This document shows, piece by piece, positions 9,170 through 19,302 of a stretch of DNA of 44,637 nucleotides. The stretch covers positions 1 through 44,637 of the forward strand of contig JAOUKJ010000001.1 of NCBI GenBank assembly GCA_029882675.1. The letters are read 5' to 3'. The notes beneath the pieces were generated by a model that ran no database searches, had not been told where the DNA came from, and saw only the letters and a program-made list of their open reading frames with translations. Each line of letters opens with the position of its first letter. The stretch's first letter is position 1. A program made the translations under genes and the position numbers. Source of the DNA: Cyclobacteriaceae bacterium (lineage in GTDB: Bacteria; Bacteroidota; Bacteroidia; Cytophagales; Cyclobacteriaceae).

Positions 9170-10329
9170 TGGAACGGGTGAAAAAATGGACAGATAAAAA
9201 CCTACAGGGCGATCCGATTATATGGACTGTCGTGCTGGGGTTGTCTATTATCAGTATTCTGGTCGTATATAGTGCTACCGGTACACTGGCCTTTAAAAAA
9301 ATGGCAAATCCGGAAAGTTATTTATTCAAACACAGTATGCTTGTTCTACTTGGTCTGTTTGCCATGTGGGTGGCACATAAGCTTGATTACCGTTATTATT
9401 CTAGGATTTCACGCCTGGCGCTGTGGTTAAGTGTGCCACTGCTATTGTATACTTTTGTTGCCGGTGTTCAGCTCAATGATGCATCCAGATGGCTCCATCT
9501 GCCATTTATCAACCAATCATTTCAACCGTCTGACCTGGCCAGCCTGGCATTGATTATGAGTCTCACCAGTATGTTGAGTAAAAAACAACAAAATATTGAA
9601 AGTTTAAAAGAGTCATTGATTCCTATACTGATATGGTGTGGTATGATCTGTGGACTTATTGCTTTAACCAACTTCTCGTCAGCAATCTTGTTGTTTGTTA
9701 CCTGCTTGCTCATCATGTTTATTGGTCGGGTGCCGGTGAGATACCTTACAATGCTGGTTTTTGTGGGCGCTCTGGCGGGCGCCGTAGCTATTGCTGTTGG
9801 ACAACGCGGCACTACGGTAGTTAGCCGCATAGAGTCGTTTGTAAATGGGAAAGAATTGCCCTTCCAGGCTGAACAGGCACGCATTGCGGTGGCTACGGGG
9901 GGGGTTATTGGAAAAGGCCCGGGGAAGAGCAATCAACGGAATATACTTCCTCACCCTTACTCAGATTTCGTTTTCGCCATTATTATTGAGGAATACGGTA
10001 TTACAGGAGGTATAGTAGTGGTATTACTTTATTTTATTCTGTTGTACAGGGGCATGAAAGCCGCATATAACAGTGAACGTGCCTTTGGTGGTTTGCTATC
10101 TGCCGGGTTGAGTTTTGCCCTGGTATTACAGGCATTCATCAATATGGGTGTAGTCGTGGGTTTAGGACCAGTGACCGGTATTCCCCTTCCTCTGATTAGT
10201 ATGGGGGGTACTTCCATGCTTTTTACAGGAGTATCACTGGGTATTATACTGAGTGTAAGCAGGGGAGATATAGATATTTCATTGAGTGATAAAAAGGGGA
10301 TAATGAGAAACATGCCTAAAGCAGCTTAA
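9166..10329 (+). CDS. ftsW: Peptidoglycan glycosyltransferase FtsW (SEDS family)
   Basis: 387 aa with about 10 TM segments and SEDS motifs (PSDLAS.., HPYSDFVFA, IPLPLISMGGTS). ATGA overlap with murD. Confidence 0.9.
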   Translation: MMERVKKWTDKNLQGDPIIWTVVLGLSIISILVVYSATGTLAFKKMANPESYLFKHSMLVLLGLFAMWVAHKLDYRYYSRISRLALWLSVPLLLYTFVAGVQLNDASRWLHLPFINQSFQPSDLASLALIMSLTSMLSKKQQNIESLKESLIPILIWCGMICGLIALTNFSSAILLFVTCLLIMFIGRVPVRYLTMLVFVGALAGAVAIAVGQRGTTVVSRIESFVNGKELPFQAEQARIAVATGGVIGKGPGKSNQRNILPHPYSDFVFAIIIEEYGITGGIVVVLLYFILLYRGMKAAYNSERAFGGLLSAGLSFALVLQAFINMGVVVGLGPVTGIPLPLISMGGTSMLFTGVSLGIILSVSRGDIDISLSDKKGIMRNMPKAA

Positions 10330-10330
10330 T

Positions 10331-11443
10331 TTGAAAGACAACAACAAACCATATCGGGTAATCATAAGCGGTGGCGGTACCGGAGGCCATATTTTTCCTG
10401 CGGTGGCTATAGCTAATGAATTAAAAAGAAGAAATCCTTCAACAGAAATACTATTTATTGGTGCTTTGGGAAAGATGGAAATGACTCGTGTGCCGGAAGC
10501 GGGTTACCCAATAAAAGGGCTGTGGATCAGTGGCTTGCAACGGCGTTTTACATTACAAAACCTGCTTTTTCCTTTTAAGCTCATCAATAGTTATTTAAAA
10601 GCGTTGAAGATTATGCGGCAGTTTAAGCCGCAGGCCGTTGTTGGTACAGGAGGTTATGCAAGTGGCCCGTCAGTAATGGCAGCAAATAGAAAAGGAATTC
10701 CCGTGTTGCTGCAGGAGCAAAACTCCTACCCCGGACTAACTAATCGAAAACTGGCACGAAAGGCCAAAAAGGTTTGTGTTGCTTATGAGGGAATGGAAAA
10801 ATATTTCGACCCTGAAAAAATAATATTTACGGGAAACCCAGTCCGTAATGATATTCTTGACCCTGAGTTAACCAAAGAAAAGGCGCGACAGAAATATGGT
10901 TTGAATGGAAACAAAAAAACCATTCTCGTATTGGGTGGAAGCCTGGGCGCACGCACCATCAACGAAAGTATCATGGGAGCCCTGGATAAAATTGCCTGGG
11001 GCGAAGTGCAGGTGATCTGGCAAACGGGTAAGATTTATTATGAAGAAATGCTGAATCGGTTAGGTGATCATAAGCCGGATGGATTATTTGTTATGCAATT
11101 TATTAATGATATGGAAGTAGCTTATTCTGCAGCTGATCTGATCATATCAAGGGCCGGAGCCTTGTCAATTTCTGAATTGTGTATTGTGGCCAAACCAGTA
11201 ATTTTTGTGCCTTCACCTAATGTGGCTGCTGATCACCAGACAAAAAATGCAATGGCATTGGTGGAGAAAAATGCCGCGGTTTTAGTGAAAGATGAAGAAG
11301 CTGTAGAAGGGCTTGTAACCCGGGCGCTAAAATTGCTATATGACCAAAGCAAATCTAAAATGCTGAGCGAAAATATAAAAGCATTGGGCAAGCCTCAGGC
11401 TACCAAGGATATTGTGGACCAATTAAACCTGATCATAAATTGA
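10331..11443 (+). CDS. murG: UDP-N-acetylglucosamine--LPS/lipid I N-acetylglucosamine transferase MurG
   Basis: 370 aa with SGGGTGGHIFPA near the N-terminus and GGSLGAR. A TTG start is needed to keep the N-terminal motif. Confidence 0.93.
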   Translation: MKDNNKPYRVIISGGGTGGHIFPAVAIANELKRRNPSTEILFIGALGKMEMTRVPEAGYPIKGLWISGLQRRFTLQNLLFPFKLINSYLKALKIMRQFKPQAVVGTGGYASGPSVMAANRKGIPVLLQEQNSYPGLTNRKLARKAKKVCVAYEGMEKYFDPEKIIFTGNPVRNDILDPELTKEKARQKYGLNGNKKTILVLGGSLGARTINESIMGALDKIAWGEVQVIWQTGKIYYEEMLNRLGDHKPDGLFVMQFINDMEVAYSAADLIISRAGALSISELCIVAKPVIFVPSPNVAADHQTKNAMALVEKNAAVLVKDEEAVEGLVTRALKLLYDQSKSKMLSENIKALGKPQATKDIVDQLNLIIN

Positions 11444-12828
11444 AGTTAGAAAACTACGATATCGTTTTTTTTATAGGTGTAGGGGGGATCGGTATGAGTG
11501 CGCTGGCTCGTTGGTTTAATCAGAATGGTTATAGTGTGTGTGGCTATGATCGCGTGGCAACGCCGCTTACCACCCAGTTGGAGCAAGAAGGAGTGTGTAT
11601 TCATTTTGATGATGATGTGGAGAATATTCCGGAAAATGTCCTGAATATGAAAGCGAATACGCTGGTGGTTTATACACCGGCTGTTCCGGCAGAACACAAA
11701 GAATTACAGTACTTGACAGAAAGAGGTTATGCTGTTTTTAAGCGTTCCGAAGTGTTGGGAATACTTACACATGGCTTGTTTACAGTAGCAGTAGCGGGAA
11801 CACATGGAAAAACCACTACCTCAGCGATGATCGCACATTTGTTGCGGGTAGGAGGAGTCAGGGTGTCTGCTTTTCTGGGGGGTATTTCAACCAATTATAG
11901 TTCAAACTACATTTCTGCTGCCGATAGCAAAGGAAAATTGACCGTTGTGGTGGAAGCCGATGAATATGATCGTTCCTTCCATACATTACATCCAAACATC
12001 GCTGTGATTACTTCTGTTGATGCCGATCACCTCGATATTTATGGTGATAAAGATGAGTTGCAAAACAGCTTTAAAGATTTTATTAAGCAAATCATAAAAA
12101 AAGGAAAACTCATTATAAATGAAAAGATATCCGCGCTGACAACGGATAAAACTGATGTCAGCATCACAACATACGGAAATAACCGGGGACAATTTTTTGC
12201 CAGCAATATTTCCATGAAGAATGGCTTTTTTAACTTCGATTTGTACGCTGAAAACTTGACTTTAAAAAGTCTGAAGCTAGGCGTCCCCGGTTTTTATAAT
12301 GTTGAAAATGCAGTGGCAGCTATTGCTGTTGCACTCGAATGTGGTGTTAAACCTGATTTGGTGAGACAGGCGTTGGAGAGTTTTAAAGGGGTGAAAAGGC
12401 GGTTTGAGTATATTATTCAAACGCCCGACCTTATTTATATTGATGATTATGCGCACCATCCCGAGGAAATAAATGCGTTCCTGAGTTCTCTTCGTCTGAT
12501 GTACCCGGGTAAGAAAATTACCGTAGTTTTTCAGCCTCACCTCTATTCAAGAACAAGAGACTTTGCCATGGAATTTGGAAAAAGCCTCGGGCATGCCGAT
12601 CGTGTGATTCTGCTTGATATCTATCCTGCCAGAGAACAACCCCTTGAAGGTGTCACAGCTGAAATAATATTTAAAAATGTAGATGCACCAGATAAGTCAC
12701 ACTGGTCAAAGGAAGAATTACTTGAAAAAATAGCCGATGAAAAAGTAGAAGTTGTGGCCACCATTGGGGCAGGCGATATTGATCAATTGGTAGGGCTTTT
12801 AAAAAGTAAATTAACAGGAAAGAAGTGA
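11440..12828 (+). CDS. murC: UDP-N-acetylmuramate--L-alanine ligase MurC
   Basis: 462 aa with FIGVGGIGMSALA and VAGTHGKTTT motifs and the Mur ligase C-terminal domain. A TTG start overlaps the murG stop. Confidence 0.93.
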   Translation: MKLENYDIVFFIGVGGIGMSALARWFNQNGYSVCGYDRVATPLTTQLEQEGVCIHFDDDVENIPENVLNMKANTLVVYTPAVPAEHKELQYLTERGYAVFKRSEVLGILTHGLFTVAVAGTHGKTTTSAMIAHLLRVGGVRVSAFLGGISTNYSSNYISAADSKGKLTVVVEADEYDRSFHTLHPNIAVITSVDADHLDIYGDKDELQNSFKDFIKQIIKKGKLIINEKISALTTDKTDVSITTYGNNRGQFFASNISMKNGFFNFDLYAENLTLKSLKLGVPGFYNVENAVAAIAVALECGVKPDLVRQALESFKGVKRRFEYIIQTPDLIYIDDYAHHPEEINAFLSSLRLMYPGKKITVVFQPHLYSRTRDFAMEFGKSLGHADRVILLDIYPAREQPLEGVTAEIIFKNVDAPDKSHWSKEELLEKIADEKVEVVATIGAGDIDQLVGLLKSKLTGKK

Positions 12829-12829
12829 A

Positions 12830-13597
12830 ATGAAGGGACTGAAAAACATATTCAACACTAAAGCTAAAGGACTCTTGTCCTTGATTGTGGCATTTGTGCT
12901 AATTGGGTTTGTCGATTCCAGACAGTCGGCCTTGCCTTGTAAGGGTTTTACTATTTTTCTGGAGGGATTGGAAGAAAATCAATTTCTCGATGAAAATGAG
13001 GTGAAGAGCTTGCTGGAGGATCATGGTGAAGATGAACTTACCGGCAAGGATTTGAGCATGATAGATCTGCGGAAGCTGGAGCAACGAGCCCTGGCTCACC
13101 CTTATATAAATAAATGTGATATCTATAAGGACCTCGAGGGGATGTTGATCGTGAATGCGTTGCTGAGAAAACCGATGGCCCGAATAGTCCGGTCTAACGG
13201 GCCTGATGCGTATATTGCCTTTGATGGGGTGATTTTGCCTATATCAGATAAATTCACATCCAGAGTGGTGCTTGTCAGTGGGAATTTTTCAGATAAATTA
13301 CTCAGTGATGACTTTTCGTCCTCTGCTTATGGTGTGCAATTCCTTGAATTTTTGTCGTATATCTACTTGGATAACTTCTGGAAGGCACAAATTGCACAAT
13401 TGGATATCGATAAAAACGGGGAAATAACATTATACCCGCAAGTGACCAAACAGATCATTGAATTTGGTGAACCTGACCATTTTGAGGAAAAACTAAGAAA
13501 ATTGAAAGTTTTTTATAAAGAAGCATTGCCCTTGAAGGGATGGAACAACTATGTGCGTATTAACCTGAAATATGAAAATCAAATAATTGCTGAATAA
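12830..13597 (+). CDS. ftsQ: Cell division protein FtsQ (POTRA-containing)
   Basis: 255 aa with an N-terminal TM anchor and a POTRA-like region. It lies between murC and ftsA. Confidence 0.8.
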   Translation: MKGLKNIFNTKAKGLLSLIVAFVLIGFVDSRQSALPCKGFTIFLEGLEENQFLDENEVKSLLEDHGEDELTGKDLSMIDLRKLEQRALAHPYINKCDIYKDLEGMLIVNALLRKPMARIVRSNGPDAYIAFDGVILPISDKFTSRVVLVSGNFSDKLLSDDFSSSAYGVQFLEFLSYIYLDNFWKAQIAQLDIDKNGEITLYPQVTKQIIEFGEPDHFEEKLRKLKVFYKEALPLKGWNNYVRINLKYENQIIAE

Positions 13598-13621
13598 CAA
13601 CCACTATTAATATTTACAACC

Positions 13622-14920
13622 ATGGAAAGTGAAAAAATAATTGTCGGACTTGATATAGGCACAACGAAGATATGTGCGATTGTAGGAAGGAAAAATGAGT
13701 ATGGCAAACTGGAAGTTCTTGGCATGGGTAAGGCCGAATCAGATGGTGTTATCCGTGGTATTGTAACGAATATTGATAAAACGGTGCATGCCATTGAAAA
13801 AGCCGTCAGGGAGGCTGAGGAATCATCCGGTATAGAAATTAATGTAGTCAACGTGGGAATTGCCGGTCAGCACATCAGGAGCTCTATTCATCACGGGGGG
13901 ATTACCCGTGATCCCACACATGAAGAGATTACGGTTGAAGATGTGAATAGGCTTACTAACGATATGTATAGGATTGTTATACCTCCCGGAAGCAAAATTA
14001 TCCATGTGATGCCCCAGGACTATATCGTTGATTATGAAGATGGAATAAAAGACCCTGTAGGGATGTCTGGTGTAAAACTTGAAGCCTCTTTTCATATAAT
14101 CACAGCGCAAACGAATGCGATAAATAATATTAATAAGTGTGTGATCCGTTCAGGGCTGGAAATAGAAAACTTAATTCTTGAGCCGCTTGCTTCCAGTCTG
14201 GCGGTATTAAGTGATGAAGAAAAGGAAGCCGGTATTTGCCTGATTGATATAGGTGGAGGTACGACTGATGTGGCCATTTTTCATGAGAGTATCATAAGAC
14301 ATACCGCAGTAATCCCTTTTGGAGGAAACATTATTACATCAGATATCAAGCAAGGTTGTATGGTAATGCAACACCAGGCTGAACTCCTGAAGACAAAATT
14401 TGGAAAAGCGATTGCTGAAGAGGCCAATCCGAATGAGATAGTGAGTATACCCGGTATAAGAAACAGATCTCCAAAAGAAATATCTATCAAAAACCTGGCT
14501 CATATTATTCAGGCACGTATGGAAGAAATTATAGAGCTGGCTCATTCTGAAATTATTACCTCCGGATATATGGGGAAATTAGCCGGCGGAATAGTGATTA
14601 CGGGGGGGGGAGCCCAATTAAGTGGCCTGAAACAACTGGTGGAATATATGACGGGTATGGATACCCGAATAGGATATCCCAATGAACACCTGGGCAAAAG
14701 TAAAATTGACTCGGTGAAGAGCCCAATGTTTGCGACTTCAGTTGGACTGGTTTTATCGGGATTTAAAGCATTGGATGATCGTGAAGCCAGATATAATGAA
14801 GTACGTGAAAGACAAAATGGCAAAAAAGCGAAGTTGCCCAAGGGTGATATTTTTTCAAAAATACTCAATAAGACCAAAGGGTTGTTAATTGACGACCTGG
14901 AAGATAAAAACGAATATTAA
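13622..14920 (+). CDS. ftsA: Cell division protein FtsA (actin-like ATPase)
   Basis: 432 aa with the GLDIGTTKICAIVG phosphate-1 motif, DIGGGTTD and ITGGGAQL. Confidence 0.95.
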   Translation: MESEKIIVGLDIGTTKICAIVGRKNEYGKLEVLGMGKAESDGVIRGIVTNIDKTVHAIEKAVREAEESSGIEINVVNVGIAGQHIRSSIHHGGITRDPTHEEITVEDVNRLTNDMYRIVIPPGSKIIHVMPQDYIVDYEDGIKDPVGMSGVKLEASFHIITAQTNAINNINKCVIRSGLEIENLILEPLASSLAVLSDEEKEAGICLIDIGGGTTDVAIFHESIIRHTAVIPFGGNIITSDIKQGCMVMQHQAELLKTKFGKAIAEEANPNEIVSIPGIRNRSPKEISIKNLAHIIQARMEEIIELAHSEIITSGYMGKLAGGIVITGGGAQLSGLKQLVEYMTGMDTRIGYPNEHLGKSKIDSVKSPMFATSVGLVLSGFKALDDREARYNEVRERQNGKKAKLPKGDIFSKILNKTKGLLIDDLEDKNEY

Positions 14921-14939
14921 ACAACCAACATTTATAAAA

Positions 14940-16490
14940 ATGGAAACTTATAAATTTGATATTCCCAGGCAAGAAAAATCAATCATCAAGGTGATTGGTG
15001 TTGGTGGAGGGGGAAGCAATGCCGTAAATCACATGTACAGTCAGGGCATTAAGGATGTCGAGTTTGTGGTGGTAAACACCGACTCCCAGGCCATAAAAAG
15101 TAGCGCTGTTCCAAGTAAAATACAGATCGGAATGAACCTGACTCAGGGACTCGGTGCTGGTGCAAATCCTGAAATCGGACGGAATGCCGCGCTTGAGAAT
15201 AAAGAGGAAATCCGCGAAATACTAGGCCATGATACTAAAATGGTATTTATTACTGCGGGAATGGGTGGTGGCACGGGAACAGGGGCCGCCCCGGTAATAG
15301 CTAATATAGCCCGTGAAATGGATATCCTTACCGTGGGTATTGTAACAGCCCCTTTTTCCTTCGAAGGGAAAAAGAAAATGCAGCACGCTCAGGATGGCAT
15401 CAACCAGCTCAGGGAAAGTTGCGATACGGTATTGGTGATACTGAATGACAAACTGCGGGAAATTTATGGCAATCTGACCATCAATAATGCCTTCGCACAA
15501 GCCGATAATGTACTAACTACGGCAGCCAAAGGTATTGCGGAAATAATTACCGTTGCGGGATATGTTAATGTGGATTTCCAGGATGTCAGAACGGTGATGT
15601 ATAAGGCAGGAGCTGCTGTAATGGGTTCTGCTGAGACAAGTGGTGAAAACAGGGCAATAAGGGCGTCGGAAGAAGCGCTGGCCTCACCTCTGCTGGATTG
15701 TAAAGATATTAACGGTGCTACCAATATCCTTTTATCGATTATCTCAGGTGATCAGGCAGAATTACAAATGGATGAACTGACAGAAATTACAGAGTATATC
15801 CAGGAACAGGCAGGCGACCGTGCTGAAGTGATATTTGGCCATGGCATTGATCCTGAACTTGAAGATAAAATTAGGGTGACCGTTATTGCTACCGGATTTA
15901 ATGCACAAAGTGAGAAGCGTGAGCGAGAAGTGACGGCACCAAATAGCCTGGAAAATGAATCGAAAATCTATGATCTGGAGGCTGATGTGCAATACGGATT
16001 GTTTGAGAATGATAACTCCGTAAATGAAAACCATGCATCGATAAAAAAGCAAGTAGCAGAGGATGTCCCTGCTGATGCAGATCGTTTTATCCCGGAGCGT
16101 CAGTTTCAACCCGAAAGTCATTATGAAAAAAGGGATGAAGGAGAAGACAGCCTTTTTACTGAATTCGAAGACGAATTCGATTTTATTGATGATGATAAGT
16201 CATCGTCCGATCAGATCGTAGGCGAAAATGGAATGCTGGACTATATCGGAACGCGGGAAAGGTTGGAGCGACAAGCTAAGGTTCGTGTGGAGAAGCTTAA
16301 GGGAGAAAATAATCCCGAGATGAATCCCTCTGAATTTAAAGAGAAATTTAATGTCCCTGCATATTTACGCAAGTCAGTGAAACTTGAAAATGTGCCTCAT
16401 TCTTCTGAACAGAATATTTCAAAATACAAACTGAATGAAGAAAGCCAGATTCTGGGAAATAATAAATTTCTACATGATAATGTTGATTAA
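14940..16490 (+). CDS. ftsZ: Cell division GTPase FtsZ with long acidic linker and C-terminal extension
   Basis: It has the [10 protein letters not shown] and [11 protein letters not shown] tubulin signature. I place the start at ATG 14940 (METYKFD...), because the track ORF start at 14889 would overlap ftsA by 32 nt. Confidence 0.93.
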   Translation: METYKFDIPRQEKSIIKVIGVGGGGSNAVNHMYSQGIKDVEFVVVNTDSQAIKSSAVPSKIQIGMNLTQGLGAGANPEIGRNAALENKEEIREILGHDTKMVFITAGMGGGTGTGAAPVIANIAREMDILTVGIVTAPFSFEGKKKMQHAQDGINQLRESCDTVLVILNDKLREIYGNLTINNAFAQADNVLTTAAKGIAEIITVAGYVNVDFQDVRTVMYKAGAAVMGSAETSGENRAIRASEEALASPLLDCKDINGATNILLSIISGDQAELQMDELTEITEYIQEQAGDRAEVIFGHGIDPELEDKIRVTVIATGFNAQSEKREREVTAPNSLENESKIYDLEADVQYGLFENDNSVNENHASIKKQVAEDVPADADRFIPERQFQPESHYEKRDEGEDSLFTEFEDEFDFIDDDKSSSDQIVGENGMLDYIGTRERLERQAKVRVEKLKGENNPEMNPSEFKEKFNVPAYLRKSVKLENVPHSSEQNISKYKLNEESQILGNNKFLHDNVD

Positions 16491-16502
16491 TTGAAGATAA
16501 TT

Positions 16503-16598
16503 GAAAAGCACCTTTGCCATATTTTTTCCGATATACTCCTAAAAGTGGTGGTTGTTGGTTGTAATATTACTTTTAGCCGGATGGCAGGGTGCTTTTTC
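16503..16598 (+). terminator. Long compound hairpin followed by a T-rich tract, downstream of ftsZ
   Basis: The outer arms are GAAAAGCACCTTTGCCAT (16503-16520) / ATGGCAGGGTGCTTTTTC (16581-16598). The inner arms are TCCG/CGGA and CTAAAAGT (16539-16546) / ACTTTTAG (16569-16576). TTTTTCTTCTTTTCT follows. Confidence 0.4.
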
Positions 16599-16695
16599 TT
16601 CTTTTCTATTGTGAAATTTAATTTTGCATAATCCCATCTTTCTTTCTCGTGATACGCTCCGCTGGAATTATAGAAAATATTCCTTTCCAGGGTAA

Positions 16696-17235
16696 TTAAA
16701 AAAGAATCAAACTTTCTGCCTGCTCTTGCAAAAGGCCCATATACAACTCGTTCTTCAATATGCCATCCTGAAGATGCTTGTTAATATGGAATAACCGTGG
16801 TTTTAGCGCCAATACATGCGTGCCACAGTAATTAAAAATATCTGTTAAATGTGAAAGGGCCAACCCTCCACCCTGAGTTCCTGAAGATATACCCACCAGT
16901 GCGCATTTTTTGTTTTTAAAGGTATCGGGAAAAATTAGTCCGTCAATAAAGGCTTTGAGTATTCCGGGGAATGAGCCATTGTATTCAGGTACTATAAAAA
17001 TGAATTTATGTGCCTTGACCATAATTTCCCTGTAGGTATTGAACTTTGCATCCCTGCCGGCATTTTCATATAGTGCTGTATGGGGAAAGTTAGGAGGTAA
17101 TCCACTCAGATCAACAATCTCATTTGATGTATGCAGGTTATCGAGTATTTTGGAATATACTTCCGCTATTTGCCTGCTTAAAGAATTTGCCCTGTTCGTA
17201 CCCGAAACAATAACTATTTTTGAACTATCTGACAT
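16696..17235 (-). CDS. NAD(P)H-dependent FMN reductase-family oxidoreductase (flavodoxin-like fold)
   Basis: The N-terminus KIVIVSGTNRANSLS and the PEYNGSFPG motif are typical of the NADPH-dependent FMN reductase family. I prefer the start at ATG 17235 (MSDSSK...). The track ORF extends to 17271. Confidence 0.8.
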   Translation of the reverse strand: MSDSSKIVIVSGTNRANSLSRQIAEVYSKILDNLHTSNEIVDLSGLPPNFPHTALYENAGRDAKFNTYREIMVKAHKFIFIVPEYNGSFPGILKAFIDGLIFPDTFKNKKCALVGISSGTQGGGLALSHLTDIFNYCGTHVLALKPRLFHINKHLQDGILKNELYMGLLQEQAESLILF

Positions 17236-17322
17236 GATATGCAAACATGTAGCATGCAGATTAAATTTCAAAATTATATGAGCTTTAAAATAGATGTAAC
17301 CGAATTTTGCTAATTTTATAAA

Positions 17323-18480
17323 ATGATAAGGTGGTTTAGTGTTTTTCGTGACTGGGTAACAAATATTTACAACCGAATACCTCCAATATGGAAAATGGCG
17401 TATTTGCTGGTATGCTTATGGTATTTTGTAAATTATGCTGTGAGCGCAATTTTTCAATGGAAGTTGTTTGAGGCGCAAAACTATGATGTGTTTTGGAATG
17501 TGTTATACCTCTATGAGCTGCTCTGTATTGCTATTGTTCTTATTTTAATCTGGTCGCGGTGGCTGTTTCAATTTCGCGTTTATGTCCAGGTGGGGGGGCA
17601 TTTCCTGGGGCTTGCGTTATATGCCCTGATCATGGAGTCTTTTTTCTATTATTTTGACATGTATCTAGACGGCTTCAACGAGTTCGATGACTGGCAACAA
17701 TATTTGATCGATCTGTTGAGTTGGGATGCGATGCGATTTTATGATCAATATATTATTGCCACTGCATTGTTTTATATTCTTCGGTATTTCGAAACGCTGC
17801 AAAAGAAGGAAAGTGAGAGAAGTGAGCTTGTTATAAAAAATAAGGAAATGCAACTGGCCCTCCTAAAGTCACAGATCAATCCGCATTTCCTTTTTAATAC
17901 CCTGAACTCAATAAGCATGCTCATAAGTACGAGTAAGGATAAAGCCCGTAAAGTGATTACCCAATTATCCGATATTTTCAGGTATGCACTTGATTCGTAC
18001 GGAGGTTTTACCGTGAAACTATCAGAAGAAATGGATTTTATTACTAACTATATAAAAATCCAGCAGGTTAGGTTTGAAGACAGGTTAAAGTTTGAAACAG
18101 ATATTGCCCCTTCGAGTTTAGACCTGGACATCCCTCCAATGATATTACAACCACTTGTTGAAAATGCAGTTAAATATGGGATAGCACCAAAAGATGAAGG
18201 AGGGACGATTAAACTCACTGTAAGGCCTTATAAAAAGGGGATATTCTTTGAAGTGAGAGACAATGGGTTGGGGATTCAAGCCAAAAAGGTGCTCGATTCC
18301 AATGATTCGACCGGTATAGGATTAGACAATACCAATAAACGATTAGTAAGTTTCTTTGGGCCCTCAGCCAGCCTGAAGATAAACGCAGGCCCAGAGGGTT
18401 ATGTGGTTAGTTTTATGATTCCTGATCGATTTAAAAAGACCGTTCAGGTTTCTAGTGAAGAATTAGTTAATATTGAATAA
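17323..18480 (+). CDS. LytS/YehU-type sensor histidine kinase (membrane N-terminus, His_kinase plus HATPase_c)
   Basis: 385 aa with several N-terminal TM segments, followed by LKSQINPHFLFNTLNSI (the LytS-type H box), an N box (LVENAVKYG) and a G box (GIGLDN). Confidence 0.88.
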   Translation: MIRWFSVFRDWVTNIYNRIPPIWKMAYLLVCLWYFVNYAVSAIFQWKLFEAQNYDVFWNVLYLYELLCIAIVLILIWSRWLFQFRVYVQVGGHFLGLALYALIMESFFYYFDMYLDGFNEFDDWQQYLIDLLSWDAMRFYDQYIIATALFYILRYFETLQKKESERSELVIKNKEMQLALLKSQINPHFLFNTLNSISMLISTSKDKARKVITQLSDIFRYALDSYGGFTVKLSEEMDFITNYIKIQQVRFEDRLKFETDIAPSSLDLDIPPMILQPLVENAVKYGIAPKDEGGTIKLTVRPYKKGIFFEVRDNGLGIQAKKVLDSNDSTGIGLDNTNKRLVSFFGPSASLKINAGPEGYVVSFMIPDRFKKTVQVSSEELVNIE

Positions 18481-18489
18481 AAATGGCTT

Positions 18490-19230
18490 ATGGAAATCAA
18501 ATGTTTAATAATTGATGATGAGAAACTCGCGCGGGAGTTGCTCCTGGAGTATCTGGAAGAATATCCGGAAATTGAAGTGATTGGCCAATGCTCCAGTGGC
18601 AAGGAGGCAATAAAAATGATTGACAAATTTGAACCAGACCTTATTTTTCTGGACGTCCAAATGCCTGGAAAGGACGGACTTCAGGTTTTGGAAGAAATTA
18701 CACACAAACCCTTTGTTATTTTCTCTACGGCCTATGATAATTATGCCATTCAGGCGTTTGAAGAAAATGCCGTAGACTATTTATTAAAGCCCATTGATAC
18801 TTCCCGATTCAGAAAGGCAATTGAACGCGTAAAAGAACGTATGGAAAGTGAAGACAGCAACGTGGATAAGCTCTTTGAAATGTTGAATAAAGGCACTGAG
18901 GGTTATTCTTCACATTTGTTCGTTCAAAAATCAGATAAATTTCTTAGCGTACCCATTACTGAAATACTTCACCTTGAGGCAAGTGGTGATTATACGATTA
19001 TATCTACAGCCAATGACCAATTTTTAAGCTCCAATGGGATTGGTAAGCTGGAAGAGCGGCTGGATCCCAATCATTTTATTCGGGTACATCGATCAACTAT
19101 TATAAACCTCAGCCACCTAAAAGAAATCGAAAAGCATTTTAATGGTGGTTTGGTCGTGAAAATGAAAAATGGTAAATCATTTTCGGTGAGTCGCACCTAC
19201 TCCAAAGAAATAAGGAAAAAGGTAGTCTGA
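18490..19230 (+). CDS. LytTR-family response regulator
   Basis: 246 aa with a receiver domain (IIDDE..., FLDVQMPG, YLLKP) and a C-terminal LytTR domain (F.RVHRS.IINL..). Confidence 0.9.
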   Translation: MEIKCLIIDDEKLARELLLEYLEEYPEIEVIGQCSSGKEAIKMIDKFEPDLIFLDVQMPGKDGLQVLEEITHKPFVIFSTAYDNYAIQAFEENAVDYLLKPIDTSRFRKAIERVKERMESEDSNVDKLFEMLNKGTEGYSSHLFVQKSDKFLSVPITEILHLEASGDYTIISTANDQFLSSNGIGKLEERLDPNHFIRVHRSTIINLSHLKEIEKHFNGGLVVKMKNGKSFSVSRTYSKEIRKKVV

Positions 19231-19263
19231 CCACTCTTTTTTTCGTCGTCAGGATAATTTTTA

Positions 19264-19271
19264 TAGCTTTG
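19264..19271 (+). promoter_or_regulatory. -7 box TAGCTTTG upstream of the symporter gene
   Basis: Exact TAnnTTTG match, 31 nt upstream of ATG 19303. Confidence 0.4.
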
Positions 19272-19302
19272 CCAGATCGTGGATTAAAAAGCCGACACCC
19301 TT

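Noticed and set aside
14889-14939. 17-codon N-terminal extension of FtsZ in the ORF track.
   Set aside because: It would overlap ftsA by 32 nt. The ATG at 14940 gives a normal FtsZ N-terminus shortly before the [10 protein letters not shown] motif.
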